Shown: positions 51,481-63,534, numbered from the stretch's first letter. The stretch is DNA of 64,000 nucleotides from Nitrospirota bacterium (GCA_963751455.1 CAVVUN010000008.1:264636-328635), one strand, 5' to 3'. A program made the numbers and translations. Notes: generated by a model from the letters alone, not told the origin.

Positions 51481-52705
51481 TTAAACTCGCGAAGCTATGC
51501 TTTTCTTAGTGTCGTCCTTCGCATCTGCGCGGTAACTGCTTTGAGGCTTCTCGGTTATTGGCTGCATCCAGTGCCCAAGGACCCTCGCGCGTCCGTTGTC
51601 TTTGGCTGCAAGGGTCTTTGCAAGCCCGGATTCGATGGCCGCTTGCGCCTCGCGGCCTCGCAGGTACAGCTCCCACACCGGAGTTCCGTGAAGCGCGCTC
51701 GACGCGCCCATGGCCTTGGCCATAGAGAGCCGGTCCACCATCTCATCGTATCTCGCGATCTCCTGCTGGTGAGTTTCGTATGCCATGGTTCCAAGCACCT
51801 GCGACAGGGGTTCGTAGTCGCTGTACTCTCCGGGCCTGTGGCGCTCCACACCCGTGGGCGCCGGATCAAACAGGCAGAAGAGCGTCACATGGCCGTCAGC
51901 GATGTAGACTTCGTGTTTATTGCGAAGGAATTCGCGGGGTCCCGGTCATTTCGTCGCAGCGGCGTTCTTCTTCGGGGCTCCCGGCGGCCTCGTTCAAGTG
52001 ATAGGTTGAGTCGCCGTCGAGCGGCAGCCATGGGCCCCAGAGTCTGTTGCGCCTCCTGGTACGGGTGTTGAGCCATGCGCACGCGTGCTGTTCCTTTCAC
52101 GTCGTAGCAGACGTTGAACTCTGTTCGGGAATTGTAGGACATTTTGAACACAGGCTCTCCGTCTTCGTTTCCGGGAAGTCCTGCTACGTCGAACATCGTG
52201 GTCCGGAACCAGGAGACAGGATTCCCTGATCTTGGACAGCAGGATCGGATCGTGGTGCAGAAAGATCCGGCGGCTCAAGTACTGGGGTGTAAGAATCCAC
52301 CGAAGCGACTGGGAGCCGGAAGCACAGGCTGCAAGAAATGTTCTCGTCGCGAAGCAGCAGCCGCTTGCCGCGCGCCTGCGAGGCCGATGCGCTCGACACG
52401 CGCAAAAGTTCGGTCCCCGGTTCCGCGTCAAGAACGCTTTCCAGGCTGGGCGGGAGATAAAGGTGGACGCCTGCCTCCACGTGAAAGGACTGTCTGTTGT
52501 CACCCGACACGTGAAGTCTTCCGCTTCCCCGATGAACGCTGATGATGTGACCGACGCTCCGTTCCGGGGCGAGGCTCCCTGCCTCGAAAAACCGGATCCG
52601 ATCGACGTCCAGGCCTTCGGGATGGATCTCGTGACTCAGGATCTTAGCTGTGGCGAACGGCTTCCCGGATTCGCGATGCCAGTTGTTCTTGATGAGCTTT
52701 TGCAT
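51481..52705 (-). pseudogene. Uncharacterised ~406-aa cupin-like protein broken by four +1 frameshifts
   Basis: GGAGG RBS. Deleting one A at about 52340, 52230, 52044 and 51930 joins five frame segments into one ORF (1221 nt). Confidence 0.65.
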
Positions 52706-52846
52706 GGACTCAGCCTCCTCCCGGTAAACGGAACCAAACTGCTGAGACGAGAGATTTATCCGCAGATTACGCAGATCCGCGGATTTTTTACGGATGCTTT
52801 ACTTCGTCTCCTATTGAATTTTGTACATCCCAAATCAAAAGCCATT

Positions 52847-52938
52847 AACCGCCAAGACGCTAAGAACGCGAAGGAGATCACAAATCAGGAATTCAAATCT
52901 TGAATCTTTTCTTAGCGTCCTTCGCGCCTTCGCGGTTC
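52847..52938. repeat. GCGAAG-arm inverted repeat
   Basis: AACCGCCAAGACGCTAAGAACGCGAAG ... CTTAGCGTCCTTCGCGCCTTCGCGGTT. Confidence 0.78.
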
Positions 52939-52956
52939 CATAGTGTTGGTCTTTTC

Positions 52957-53160
52957 ATCCTGAAAACGGCAGTTGGACGCAGATGAACGCAGACTTCGGC
53001 GTGAGCTCAGTCGAACGATAACCGCAGATCAAACAAAAGAATTTTTAGAGAAAAAAATTCACCCGCAGGGTGACTGCTTTTACGATACAAGAACGTTTTA
53101 TTATCCGACCTTATCTGCGTTTATCCGATTTTTCTGCGTCCCAAATGCTTTTTTTAGGTT
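52957..53160. mobile_element. Copy of the 12440 element with a 25-bp hairpin insertion
   Basis: Colinear with 12440-12617 except for the extra 52992-53016. Confidence 0.85.
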
Positions 53161-53162
53161 CA

Positions 53163-54974
53163 TTAGTCTGGGGCCTCGTTAATATTTAATCTGCGCCATC
53201 TGCCTGTGCCCGCGTTTTGGCTTGTCCCCGCGCTATCGCAAGGGGCAACAGCAGGGTAAGAAATCTGCGGATAGTCTTTTTGATCACTCAACTTTTTTCT
53301 ATCAACCTTTCCGGATGAAGTGGCGGGCAGAGAGTCGCGGAATTCAATAATCTCAGGTATCATGTACCTCGGCAGTTGTTTTGAGCAACACTGGAGAATA
53401 TCCTCCTTCTCAATTTTGCCGGGTGTCAAGGGAACGACGATTACCGAAATTCTATTCCCTATGAGCTCGTCCGGAATCGGGATGACGACAGCGTTCTTGA
53501 TTTCCGGATGATTGCACAATACTGTTTCTATTTCGCCGATCTCGATCCTGTATCCCCGGCTCTTTATCATGTGGTCCTTCCGGCCCAGGAATACATAGTT
53601 GCCGTCAGAATCCAGATGGACCAGGTCCCCGGTCTTATAAACTCTCTCATTCAGGTCAGGCTTAAGAGGGTTTTTCACAAAAGACTTTTCTGTTTTTTCA
53701 ACGTCACCCCAATACCCTAGCGCAACGGTGGCCGCCCTCACATAGAGTTCACCTTCTTGTCCGCCTTGTCCGCGTTTGCTCACCTGTTTGCCGGCTTCGT
53801 CCAGGGCGAAAACTTCGAAATTCGGCAGCGATCTGCCGATGGGAAGTGATGCGTTGGCGTCTGAGGGGAGCTGGTCAACCCAATAATACGTTGAAGAATT
53901 TGCTTCCGTCTGACCATACATGTTGCAAAACCGTGCTCCGGGAACAGCTTCCTTGAGTCGCCGCAGATATTTCAGGGGAAATAGTTCTCCCGCGAAAAGA
54001 ATCAATCGCAGATTTGACAAATCATGGCTGTCCAGATTCCTATATGCAGCCAAAAGAGAAAGTGCTGACGGCACGGAATTCCACACCGATATTCTGTTCT
54101 TCGCAATGACCTCGGCCAATTTTACCGGAAAAGTGGTAATGGTCTCCGGGATGATGACCACAGTAGCTCCTGCCTTGAATGCGACGAAGAGGTCGAAAAC
54201 GGACATATCGAAGTGCAGGGGGCAGATATTCGAAAATCTATCATTCATTTTTATCTGGAAGAAGTCATGTGCCGAGTTTATAAAGGTCAAAGAGTTCAAG
54301 TGCGACAGCATGACCCCCTTGGGAGTGCCTGTCGAGCCCGAAGTAAACAGGATATACGCCAAATCCGAGTCGATCGTATTCACACAGGGAGCATCTTCTT
54401 TTGCGGCCCCTCGTACCTCTTGCCAGTCGATTAATTTCGCAGGTCCGTGTGGTTTCGTAGCTGCATTTGTAGGGCAACCCTTCAGGGTTGCGGTTTTTCG
54501 GCAGTCAGCAAGGCTAAAGCCTTGCCCTACAGACCCGGGCGATCCGGAGCCTGACTTCTGGCCGTTCATCACAAGAATGCTTTCCAGCGGAGAGTTTGCA
54601 GGAAACGCTTGCTCTATATTTGTTATTTTTCCTTGTGAAGTCAGCAGGGATTTTATTCCACACTTGTTCACAATGTAGTTGAGACGGCCTGGTGGGCACA
54701 TGGGATCTATGGGAACATACGTTGCTCCTGCTTTCAGGATCCCAAAAACCCCGATTATTGAGGTTATGCCCCTGTTCATATAAATTCCAGCCCGCGCTCC
54801 TCTTTCTATCCCGCTTTCTGAGAGAACATAAGCCAATTTGTTGCTTTCCCTCTCCAAATCGGCATACGTAATTCTATCGTTTTGAAAAACTAATGCCTCT
54901 TTGTCAGGATATTTCGCTGCACTTTCTGACAATAATTGGTGCAGTACGTAGGCCATTCTAATAACCTCCATCAC
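53163..54974 (-). CDS. Stand-alone amino acid adenylation-domain protein (DltA/NRPS A-like)
   Basis: [51 protein letters not shown]. Confidence 0.92.
   Translation of the reverse strand: MMEVIRMAYVLHQLLSESAAKYPDKEALVFQNDRITYADLERESNKLAYVLSESGIERGARAGIYMNRGITSIIGVFGILKAGATYVPIDPMCPPGRLNYIVNKCGIKSLLTSQGKITNIEQAFPANSPLESILVMNGQKSGSGSPGSVGQGFSLADCRKTATLKGCPTNAATKPHGPAKLIDWQEVRGAAKEDAPCVNTIDSDLAYILFTSGSTGTPKGVMLSHLNSLTFINSAHDFFQIKMNDRFSNICPLHFDMSVFDLFVAFKAGATVVIIPETITTFPVKLAEVIAKNRISVWNSVPSALSLLAAYRNLDSHDLSNLRLILFAGELFPLKYLRRLKEAVPGARFCNMYGQTEANSSTYYWVDQLPSDANASLPIGRSLPNFEVFALDEAGKQVSKRGQGGQEGELYVRAATVALGYWGDVEKTEKSFVKNPLKPDLNERVYKTGDLVHLDSDGNYVFLGRKDHMIKSRGYRIEIGEIETVLCNHPEIKNAVVIPIPDELIGNRISVIVVPLTPGKIEKEDILQCCSKQLPRYMIPEIIEFRDSLPATSSGKVDRKKLSDQKDYPQISYPAVAPCDSAGTSQNAGTGRWRRLNINEAPD
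54469..54530. repeat. GTAG-type REP doublet (REPIN) inside the CDS
   Basis: GTAGGGCAACCCTTCAGGGTTGC ... GCAAGGCTAAAGCCTTGCCCTAC, same arms as 48144-48223. Confidence 0.85.
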
Positions 54975-57900
54975 TCAATTATAAAGGTCTGGGCATTAGA
55001 GGTACCGCCACCCGGTGCGGGACTGAACACTGTCACCTGGGCCGTCCCTGCCGCTGCTATGTCCGCTGCCGGTATTGCCGCTGTCAACTGGCTCGAAGAT
55101 ACATACGTCGTTGTACGACTCTCTCCATTCCATTGCACCACAGAATCGGCAGCGAAACCGCTGCCGTTGACTGTCAGCGTGAAGTCCGCTTCTCCATACG
55201 TCTTGCTCGCGGGCAAGATGTCCGTAAGGGTCGGAATCGGGTTGTTCACTGTAAAGCTGTTGCTCTCCCCGGCCTCCGTCCCTCCGGTCTTGGCGGCGGT
55301 GATGGTAAAACTGCCCGCATTCAAAATCGCTAGACTGTGAGACGTCAACATCCCATTGGTAAAAGCAGCCGTCGTCCCGCTCCCCGCAGAAAGTGACCCT
55401 GTGGAACTGATGTCCACGGTCTCATTGAAACTGACCGCAGTGTTGTTGTTGGCATCCTGGGCCGTGATCCGGATCCCAAAGGTGGCCCCGGCCGTCTGGG
55501 CGCCGATATCTCCGCCGCCCGCAGCCTCAACCTTGAAGTGAGTGAGAACGCCGGCGTTCACCGTAAAGGTGTTGCTCTGCCCGATGTGGCTATCCGAGAT
55601 GGCCGTGATCGTCTTGTCGGTCCCTGACTGGCTCAGCGTCACACTCGGGGTGAGAACCCCGCCCTCGCTCCCGGTAAAGGTCACACTCGCCGGGGTAATA
55701 CTATCCGCATTGGTCGAAAGAGCCACTGTTCCGCTGAAGTCTTGGATGACGTTGTTGTACTGGTCGCGGGCCGTGATCTTAATGTCAAAAGGAACTCCTG
55801 CGGTCTGCGGATCAATGGATCCGCCCGCAACATTCGTAATCAGGAAGTTACCCAACCCTGCAGGGCTGACTGTAAATTCGTTGCTCGTCCCTTGATGAGT
55901 ATCGGAGATCGCCGTGATGTTCTGGAGCGCCCCGGCCTCGGTGACCGCCACACTCAGGGTGGAAGCCCCGCTTAAGAAAGTTACGCTGGCCGGACTGATG
56001 GCGCCAGCCGTGGTCTCTAATGCTGCGGTCCCATTGAAACTGGTCACCGTGTTGTTGTACTGGTCGCGGGCTGTGATCTTAATACTAAAAGGAACTCCTG
56101 CAGTCTGTGGACCGATATTGCCGCCCGTCGCTGCCTCAACCAGGAAGTTGCCCAATCCAGCCGGGTTCACCGTAAAGCTGTTGCTCGTCCCATTGGCTCC
56201 ACCTGGACCGGTTGCGCTGAGCGTAGTCCCTAACTGCGCCGAGTTGATCGTCACACTCTGAGTAGCCAGCTCGCCGGCTTCGAAGGCGCCGCTTATCACC
56301 GGAGCCCCGTTGAGAGCCCCGTTCGAATCGATCTGGACGGTGCCCGTGAAGCTCGTTACCGTATTGTTGTACTGGTCGCGGGCCGTAATCCGGATGTCAA
56401 AGGGCACACCAGCTGTCTGAGGAGCGATGTCGCCGCCTCCGATTGCCTTAATCAAGAAGTTGGAAAGGGCCGCAGGGTTCACCTGCAGGCTCGCCTGAAC
56501 CGTCTTGCCGTCGTAACTGCCGGTCACCGTATGGGCTCCGGCCGCACTAGCCGTACAGCTTGCACCCGTACAGGACCCATCAGGACTGATTGTAAAGGTA
56601 GTCATTCCGGTCACATCGCCCAGGCTGTTGTTGTACCGGTCAAAGGCTTCCGTCGTGAAGGCTTGGCTCTCTCCGGCCGTAATGCTCACAGAAGAAGGAC
56701 TAATCACGATATGATCCAATAACGGCACAGGATTACTGATCGTAAGAGTGACCGTTGCGATATTACTGCTGTTTGTCCCATCGCCGGCCCTGTAGGTAAA
56801 GCTGTCGCTCCCCGCATAGTCCGCAGCAGGGGTATAGGTGAACGATCCATCAGCATTGAGCGTGAGGGTCCCATGAGACGGACCGCTCACCGGTTGTGCC
56901 GTCAGGGCAGAACCTTCCGGATCTGTGTCGTTGCCCAGCACCCCCGGGGCGGGCTGGTCCAAAGTCGTATTTGCATTGGTGCTGTTCGCATCGTTTGCTG
57001 CGACAGGTGGTGCGTTGCCAATGGAGAAAACTCCGTATACCTCGAACTCGGACAACCCGATATTCTGAGTTCTGCTGCTCACCGCATCCACACTCATCCT
57101 GACACTCGTAACCACTTTGGCAGGGAAGGTGTACTCAGTGGCTCTTCCCGCGTTATCCAGAGGCCCTATCTGAAGGGTTGAACCATCGCTGAACAGCAAT
57201 GTCGCCCCCAGAATCTGGTCGGTGGAGTTCGGCCTGTCATACAGAACCAACCGGTCCACTGTGTAGGGAACAGGCCAGGTCAACTGGATCCAGGCCCCGA
57301 CCTTCTCCCTGTTGGTCGCCCACTCACGGGTGTAGTCCCCGGGATACCCGTCAATGTATCCATCAACGGCCTTCACGGCAAGCTGGCCATTCTGCGGGCT
57401 CTCGGACGAAGCAGTCACCGCAGCCAGGGAGGCGATGTTTAGTGTTGCAATCGCTGTGGTTACTGTTAACGTCGCTGTTTTTGTCACTCCTCCATAAACA
57501 GCAGTGACCGTAACCGGGGTGGAACCGGACACCGTCGTCGTGGTAATCGTGAACGCGGCGCTGGTGCTGCCGCCCGGCACCGTAACACCGGCAGGCACAC
57601 TCGCTGCTGCGTTATCGCTGCTCAGTGTTACCACTGCCCCTTCGCTCGGCGCAGGCCCGCTCAGTGTTGCTGTACCCTGGGAAGTGTTCCCCCCCACTGC
57701 ACTGGTCGGGTTAAGTGAAAGCGAATTCAATGTTAGTGTTTCTGAAACAGTAAGAGTGACCGTTGCGATATTGCTGCTGTTTGTCCCGTCGCTGGCCCTG
57801 TAGGTAAAGCTGTCGCTCCCCGCATAGTCCGCGGCAGGGATATAGGCGAACGATCCCTCGGCATTGAGCGTGAGGGCGCCATGAGACGGACCGGTCACGA

Positions 57901-60900
57901 GTTGTGCCGTCAGGGCTGCCCCTTCGGGATCGGTGTCGTTGCCCAGCACTCCCGGGGCAGCCTGGTCCAAAGGCGTATTTGCATTGGTGCTGTACGCATC
58001 GTGTGCTGCAACAGGAGCTGTGTTCGCAGCGGTGAAATGGGCCGTCACCGTCCTGTCGCCGTTCATCGTAATGATTATAGGATTCTGCGTACCGCTTGCA
58101 TCCCCGCTCCAATCAGTAAACGCATATCCGGGGCCACCCGTCGCCGTTAAGGTTACCTGCTCACCCTCAGCGTAGCTCGCTCTGTCCGGACTCTTCGATA
58201 TTGACCCTGACTCTAAAGGACTGACATACGTTGTAAGGGTGTATTGAGTCCCTGTGGAGAAAACTCCGTATACTTCGAACTCGGACAACCCCACATTCTG
58301 AGTCCCGCTGCTCACCGCCTCCACACTCATCCTGACACTCGTGACCACTTTGGAGGGAAATGTGTATTCAGTGCCTCTTCCCGCGTTATCCAAACGCCCT
58401 ACCTGAAGGGTCGAACCATCGCTGAACGTCAAGGTCGCCCCTAGAATCCGGTCGGTGAGATTCGGCCTGTCATACAGAACCACACGGTCCACTGTGTAGG
58501 GCACAGGCCAGGTCAACTGGATCCAGGCTCCCGCTTTCTCCCCATTGGTCGCCCACTCGCGGGTGTAGTCCCCGGGATAGCCGTCAATGTATCCGTCAAC
58601 GGCCTTTATGGCGCCACTCTGCGGACTCTCGGACGAAGCAGTCACCGCAGCCAGGGGGGCTACGTTCAGTGTTGCAGCCGCTGTTGTTACTGTTAACGTC
58701 GCTGTTTTTGTCACTCCTCCATAAACGGCAGTGACCGTAACCGGGGTGGAGCTGAACACCGCTGTCGTGGTAATCGTGAACGCGGCGCTGGTGCTGCCGC
58801 CCGGCACCGTAACACCGGCAGGCACACTCGCTGCTGCATTATCGCTGCTCAGTGTTACCACTGCCCCGCCGCTCGGCGCAGGCCCGCTCAATGTTGCCGT
58901 ACCCTCGGAAGTGTTCCCCCCCACTGCACTGGTCGGGTTAAGTGAAAGCGAATTTAATGTTAGTGTTTCTGAAACAGTAAGAGTGACCGTTGCGATATTG
59001 CTGCTGTTTGTCCCATCGCTGGCCCTGTAGGTAAAGCTGTCGCTCCCCGCATAGTCCGCGGCAGGGGTATAGGCGAACGATCCCTCGGCATTGAGCGTGA
59101 GGGCGCCATGAGACGGACCGGTCACGAGTTGTGCCGTCAGGGCTGCCCCTTCGGGATCGGTGTCGTTGCCCAGCACTCCCGGGGCAGCCTGGTCCAAAGT
59201 TGTATTTGCATTAGTGCTGTACGCATCGTTTGCTGCAACAGGAGGGGCGTTACCGGCGGTGAAATGGGCCGTCACCGTCCTGTCGCCGTTCATCGTAATG
59301 ATTATAGGATTCTGCGTACCGCTTGCATCCCCGCTCCAATCAGTAAACGCATATCCGGGGCCACCCGTCGCCGTTAAGGTTACCTGCTCACCCTCAGCGT
59401 AGCTCGCTCTGTCCGGACTCTTCGATATTGACCCTGACTCTAAAGGACTGACATACGTTGTAAGGGTGTATTGAGTCCCTGTGGAGAAAACTCCGTATAC
59501 TTCGAACTCGGACAACCCCACATTCTGAGTCCCGCTGCTCACCGCCTCCACACTCATCCTGACACTCGTGACCACTTTGGAGGGAAATGTGTATTCAGTG
59601 CCTCTTCCCGCGTTATCCAAACGCCCTACCTGAAGGGTCGAACCATCGCTGAACGTCAAGGTCGCCCCTAGAATCCGGTCGGTGAGATTCGGCCTGTCAT
59701 ACAGAACCACACGGTCCACTGTGTAGGGCACAGGCCAGGTCAACTGGATCCAGGCTCCCGCTTTCTCCCCATTGGTCGCCCACTCGCGGGTGTAGTCCCC
59801 GGGATAGCCGTCAATGTATCCGTCAACGGCCTTTATGGCGCCACTCTGCGGACTCTCGGACGAAGCAGTCACCGCAGCCAGGGGGGCTACGTTCCCAGAG
59901 GGAATATCCGTCGTTATCTTGACAGAGAGCGAGTCGGGTAGGCTGGTGAACATCCCATCACTGACGACGAGCGAAAAAGTCAGCGTCTCATCTGTTAAAT
60001 CGGCTGGAGCATTAAAAGTAGGATTGACAACAGCAGGATTTGATAATTGGACTGGAACACCTCCGGTTTGAACCCATCGAAAGGTCAAAGAGTCACTGTC
60101 TGTATCCAGGCTTACCGAGCCATCGAGCTGAACCTGTGCCCCACCCTTGACCGTTTGATCAAAACCCGCATGGGGAACCGGCGGATGATTGTTTCCCACA
60201 AGGTTTTCAGTCCAGAAGATTTCGTCTTTATGAATGTATGAGCCAAGGAAATCATTGGTGCCTCCCTGGGACTCATGAGTTGCGACGGCTAAGTATTTCG
60301 AATTGATTGTGTAATTTGTTGATTGCATCACTAAGGGCACATCGATACTCTCTCTCTGGCTCCAGTTAAGACCCGTTCGAGAGAAATCCGGAATTTCTGA
60401 AAAATACGAGTTCGGATTTAGAGGGTTTGGCCAACTGCCGGACGTGTCCCACCATACAATAGTTTTATGTATGGTCGGACTGTAACTGGGGTCATTGGCA
60501 TAAACGGATAACATCGCAAGTTCCAACAATCCATAGGTTGTGGAGTGATCGGGATGAAAATCAAATTCAGAAGTAGTAAGGATATGATCCGGCTTAAACT
60601 CGGAAATAACATCCGCAAGATCCGCAACCATATTGTGCCTGTTATACGCGGCATGAGAACCGTATCTGTAAAAATGATAATCGGAGCTGCCTAACCCGCG
60701 ATTCCCATAAGTGGCCGATTGACCGTTTGGGGTCATGAATTCGTCATTTGAATTTGTGTAACTGTCATATAGTGTTTTTAAATATCCATCAGGATATCCA
60801 AGAAAAATCAAATTATCTTCCATCACTCCCAGAAAGGCCTCGGCCGTTACGGCTTCTCCTTGTCGGAGATATCCTCGGTTAATACCGAGGATATCTCCGT

Positions 60901-61087
60901 TTGTCATAAACACGATCTTGACTGGTTCTGCCCTTACTACGGCCTGGTAGGTGATTCCCGCGGCAGTAATAATGTCATCATCCGGATGAGGAGCAAGAAC
61001 AAGTATTTTAGCACTGGAAAAAGAGGCGGAAAACAGGGTCGTTAGAAACACCAGACAACAACAGAAAGACAAATATATTCTTCTCAT
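54971..61087 (-). CDS. Giant secreted protein: PIG-L deacetylase + PKD-like + discoidin-like (x3) + InlB B-repeat-like + tandem-95/Ig repeats + IPT-like end
   Basis: Signal peptide, [53 protein letters not shown] repeats. Confidence 0.88.
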   Translation of the reverse strand: MRRIYLSFCCCLVFLTTLFSASFSSAKILVLAPHPDDDIITAAGITYQAVVRAEPVKIVFMTNGDILGINRGYLRQGEAVTAEAFLGVMEDNLIFLGYPDGYLKTLYDSYTNSNDEFMTPNGQSATYGNRGLGSSDYHFYRYGSHAAYNRHNMVADLADVISEFKPDHILTTSEFDFHPDHSTTYGLLELAMLSVYANDPSYSPTIHKTIVWWDTSGSWPNPLNPNSYFSEIPDFSRTGLNWSQRESIDVPLVMQSTNYTINSKYLAVATHESQGGTNDFLGSYIHKDEIFWTENLVGNNHPPVPHAGFDQTVKGGAQVQLDGSVSLDTDSDSLTFRWVQTGGVPVQLSNPAVVNPTFNAPADLTDETLTFSLVVSDGMFTSLPDSLSVKITTDIPSGNVAPLAAVTASSESPQSGAIKAVDGYIDGYPGDYTREWATNGEKAGAWIQLTWPVPYTVDRVVLYDRPNLTDRILGATLTFSDGSTLQVGRLDNAGRGTEYTFPSKVVTSVRMSVEAVSSGTQNVGLSEFEVYGVFSTGTQYTLTTYVSPLESGSISKSPDRASYAEGEQVTLTATGGPGYAFTDWSGDASGTQNPIIITMNGDRTVTAHFTAGNAPPVAANDAYSTNANTTLDQAAPGVLGNDTDPEGAALTAQLVTGPSHGALTLNAEGSFAYTPAADYAGSDSFTYRASDGTNSSNIATVTLTVSETLTLNSLSLNPTSAVGGNTSEGTATLSGPAPSGGAVVTLSSDNAAASVPAGVTVPGGSTSAAFTITTTAVFSSTPVTVTAVYGGVTKTATLTVTTAAATLNVAPLAAVTASSESPQSGAIKAVDGYIDGYPGDYTREWATNGEKAGAWIQLTWPVPYTVDRVVLYDRPNLTDRILGATLTFSDGSTLQVGRLDNAGRGTEYTFPSKVVTSVRMSVEAVSSGTQNVGLSEFEVYGVFSTGTQYTLTTYVSPLESGSISKSPDRASYAEGEQVTLTATGGPGYAFTDWSGDASGTQNPIIITMNGDRTVTAHFTAANTAPVAAHDAYSTNANTPLDQAAPGVLGNDTDPEGAALTAQLVTGPSHGALTLNAEGSFAYIPAADYAGSDSFTYRASDGTNSSNIATVTLTVSETLTLNSLSLNPTSAVGGNTSQGTATLSGPAPSEGAVVTLSSDNAAASVPAGVTVPGGSTSAAFTITTTTVSGSTPVTVTAVYGGVTKTATLTVTTAIATLNIASLAAVTASSESPQNGQLAVKAVDGYIDGYPGDYTREWATNREKVGAWIQLTWPVPYTVDRLVLYDRPNSTDQILGATLLFSDGSTLQIGPLDNAGRATEYTFPAKVVTSVRMSVDAVSSRTQNIGLSEFEVYGVFSIGNAPPVAANDANSTNANTTLDQPAPGVLGNDTDPEGSALTAQPVSGPSHGTLTLNADGSFTYTPAADYAGSDSFTYRAGDGTNSSNIATVTLTISNPVPLLDHIVISPSSVSITAGESQAFTTEAFDRYNNSLGDVTGMTTFTISPDGSCTGASCTASAAGAHTVTGSYDGKTVQASLQVNPAALSNFLIKAIGGGDIAPQTAGVPFDIRITARDQYNNTVTSFTGTVQIDSNGALNGAPVISGAFEAGELATQSVTINSAQLGTTLSATGPGGANGTSNSFTVNPAGLGNFLVEAATGGNIGPQTAGVPFSIKITARDQYNNTVTSFNGTAALETTAGAISPASVTFLSGASTLSVAVTEAGALQNITAISDTHQGTSNEFTVSPAGLGNFLITNVAGGSIDPQTAGVPFDIKITARDQYNNVIQDFSGTVALSTNADSITPASVTFTGSEGGVLTPSVTLSQSGTDKTITAISDSHIGQSNTFTVNAGVLTHFKVEAAGGGDIGAQTAGATFGIRITAQDANNNTAVSFNETVDISSTGSLSAGSGTTAAFTNGMLTSHSLAILNAGSFTITAAKTGGTEAGESNSFTVNNPIPTLTDILPASKTYGEADFTLTVNGSGFAADSVVQWNGESRTTTYVSSSQLTAAIPAADIAAAGTAQVTVFSPAPGGGTSNAQTFIIE
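57440..59893. repeat. Tandem 1227-bp intragenic duplication
   Basis: Units 57440-58666 and 58667-59893 are nearly identical (shadow ORFs recur at offset 1227). Partial third copy at about 56745-57439. Confidence 0.92.
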
Positions 61088-61173
61088 ATAGCTCCTTCCT
61101 TCCCGAATAATGATTTGAGAGTCGCTTCTCGAGCCGGCCTTTTCCGGCAAGAGTTCCAGTTTTGATATTCAAA

Positions 61174-63534
61174 TCAATTACGCTTGTTGATCGAGTAATG
61201 ACGTAAACCCATTGCCACCCCTAACGCTGCCAGGAGAAGCGTCGGCAAAAACAAGGCAGCATCCGGGATCAGGGGATCATAGAAAAAGACTGCGTGTTTG
61301 GCTCCTGCAGGAAGTTTTATGCCTCGGAATGCATAATTAGTTCGTAGAACCTTCGTCTCAACGCCGTCCACCAGTGCCCTCCATCCCGGATAATAAGTGT
61401 CGCTCAGAACGAGGAACGCTCCCAGAGGCGCCGGCTCGAGCTCGATTTCAATGAGATCCGGCTTCTCGGTTACAATCGTAGCTTTAGGCGGAATGGCGGC
61501 AGCTTTTGGCGCATTCGCATCTGATAGAAGAAGGTTCCATGTTTTCGCGTCCTGCCTGAGAATAGCCGCATCCCGTCGCGGGTCAAAATCGCCGGAAGAC
61601 TCCAGGAAGGAGATAAGGTCGCTCTCATCGGAAAAAAGATGCTGGGAAAAAACCACGCTCGCCCTTGGTATCGCATCCGGGTTCTTATATGCCTTCATTC
61701 CCTGAAAGTATCCGGCAGGATAAGCCGGCTTTTCAGAAGATGAACTATCTGACGGGAAGAGCCATCTCGCGGAGCTTAAATTGAGATATATCTGTTTCGT
61801 ATGGTCGCCTTTAAGAGCGTCCTGACACCATGTCGATACATTGGCTGCCCAATAGGGAAAGAAGGAGAAATAGTGCCCGGTAGTCAGTGTCCCGTTCAGG
61901 ACTGTAAGATTTGCGGTGTAGGGATAATGACGATCGATGGCGGCCTTCATCCAGACACCGTACGGCTTCATGGCGCTGGAAGTCCTGTAAGCCTGAGGTT
62001 CCTGCGGTCGCTTATCGCCTTTCCATCCGATCGTCCCAAGATTTTTGATAACCATGGGATCCTGGATTTCAAATGCAAGCGTCGCAGAGAGGGATACGAC
62101 TGTAAAGGCAGCTCCGAGCATGACACCGCTTCTCGTTGCATTTTTTGTTACAGTGAGAAACACGGCAACCAGCATTCCCAAAGTGCAAATCCAGAGTAAC
62201 CCGGTGAGCCACGGCGAAATTTCTAGGGACGTCCGGATCTGCTGCGAAAACTTGTTGTGGTGGCGAATGAATAAAACTGCTCCTGCAACTACGCCGCCGA
62301 ACAGCAGGAATTTCACTATGCGAGCAAAGGTCGCGGGCGTAAAGGCATCCGGCGCATTGAGAAAGCGGTCCATACTGCGGGCGGAAAGAAACGATACGCA
62401 AATCGGCAAGAAGAACAGCCATCTGAAAGGAAACCTGAAATGCCTGAGAACCGGCAGGGAGTGCACGAATTTCCAGAGCCCGACGTAGGGCCCGAGAGCC
62501 ATAAGAATTGAAAACATGCACAAAAAAAGAAAATAGTTTCGGCCAGGCCCCTTTGCTCCAAAGAGAGCGCCGGCAAAACCCAGAAAGAGAGCGTACAGCG
62601 GGAACCGGACATGGTTTGACCAGAACTCCCATTCATTCCATTGGAACGGAGTTGGAAACAGGGACAAAGGCACCCACTTCGGATCAAGATACAGAGTATT
62701 TTGTAAAGCCTCCAGAGAGATGGCGGCGCCTGCCGTCCTCGCTGAGAATCGGTATTCCTGCAGCATGGGCAGCAGCTGGGGAGACGCGATTAAGGCCGCC
62801 AACGAGGCGCTGGCCAGGAGTATCCAAAAGCGCCGCCCGGTTTCCCGGATACTTTTTTTGCTTCTCCAGTCACGAACCAGACGAAATACAAAGTATAAAG
62901 CGACCATCATGGCGATGTAAATTATCATCACAGGATGGCCGGTCAGAAAGATCAGGGCGAAAACCGCAGTCAAGTAAACAAAGGAGAACGGTCGCCTTTC
63001 GATGAAGTGGTCGCACGACAGGAATATGCCCGGTAGCAGCGAATAACACCACATTATTGCCGGAACGCTTACCGCAACAAAAGTCGGGGCGCAAAAGGCA
63101 TACACGCAAGAGCCGAACAGGGAGCTGATTCTGCTGACGCGGAAATGTCGAAGAAGAAGATAGCACAGTATAAAAGAGACGAGTTGGGCCAGAAGCATTT
63201 CCAGCAACCAGCCGGTTTCGGCCGAAAATATCCGGTAAATTATTTGCGTACTCGGAAAACAGATCCCGTTCTGTCCCTCGGCCAACAGGGAAAACCCACA
63301 GGCGGAATTGGGCACCCATTGCGGGCTGAACCCATTTACAAATGCACTGCGTATAAAGGCTCTAAAGGGAAACGATTGCAGCAATCCGTCCTCGAAAAGC
63401 AGCGTGTTCCCCCCATTGAAACCGATCGTCAGATAGGCTAAAGCAGGCGAGAAGAAAATCAGAAATAAGACTGCGAGACCTATTGATTTTTTCCGTTTTT
63501 CTATTTTCGAACTAAGCATGATGGTCACGGGCAT
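61174..63534 (-). CDS. YfhO-family membrane protein (GT-C-like)
   Basis: PQW.P...CGF.L.AE.Q, GHP, FRFPFRW, LSDTYYPGW.A.VDG, NYAFRG. Confidence 0.85.
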   Translation of the reverse strand: MPVTIMLSSKIEKRKKSIGLAVLFLIFFSPALAYLTIGFNGGNTLLFEDGLLQSFPFRAFIRSAFVNGFSPQWVPNSACGFSLLAEGQNGICFPSTQIIYRIFSAETGWLLEMLLAQLVSFILCYLLLRHFRVSRISSLFGSCVYAFCAPTFVAVSVPAIMWCYSLLPGIFLSCDHFIERRPFSFVYLTAVFALIFLTGHPVMIIYIAMMVALYFVFRLVRDWRSKKSIRETGRRFWILLASASLAALIASPQLLPMLQEYRFSARTAGAAISLEALQNTLYLDPKWVPLSLFPTPFQWNEWEFWSNHVRFPLYALFLGFAGALFGAKGPGRNYFLFLCMFSILMALGPYVGLWKFVHSLPVLRHFRFPFRWLFFLPICVSFLSARSMDRFLNAPDAFTPATFARIVKFLLFGGVVAGAVLFIRHHNKFSQQIRTSLEISPWLTGLLWICTLGMLVAVFLTVTKNATRSGVMLGAAFTVVSLSATLAFEIQDPMVIKNLGTIGWKGDKRPQEPQAYRTSSAMKPYGVWMKAAIDRHYPYTANLTVLNGTLTTGHYFSFFPYWAANVSTWCQDALKGDHTKQIYLNLSSARWLFPSDSSSSEKPAYPAGYFQGMKAYKNPDAIPRASVVFSQHLFSDESDLISFLESSGDFDPRRDAAILRQDAKTWNLLLSDANAPKAAAIPPKATIVTEKPDLIEIELEPAPLGAFLVLSDTYYPGWRALVDGVETKVLRTNYAFRGIKLPAGAKHAVFFYDPLIPDAALFLPTLLLAALGVAMGLRHYSINKRN

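Noticed and set aside
12464-53182. Short ORFs beginning MNADNRR, MNTDEHG, MDADERR (12464, 21529, 52973) and 48353
   Set aside because: They are translations of the repeat elements, with no independent evidence of coding.
19552-54974. NRPS secondary-metabolite cluster
   Set aside because: No condensation or thioesterase domains.
11918-61087. PEP-CTERM substrates for the exosortase
   Set aside because: No protein here ends in a PEP motif + TM helix + basic tail. Substrates are presumably encoded elsewhere.
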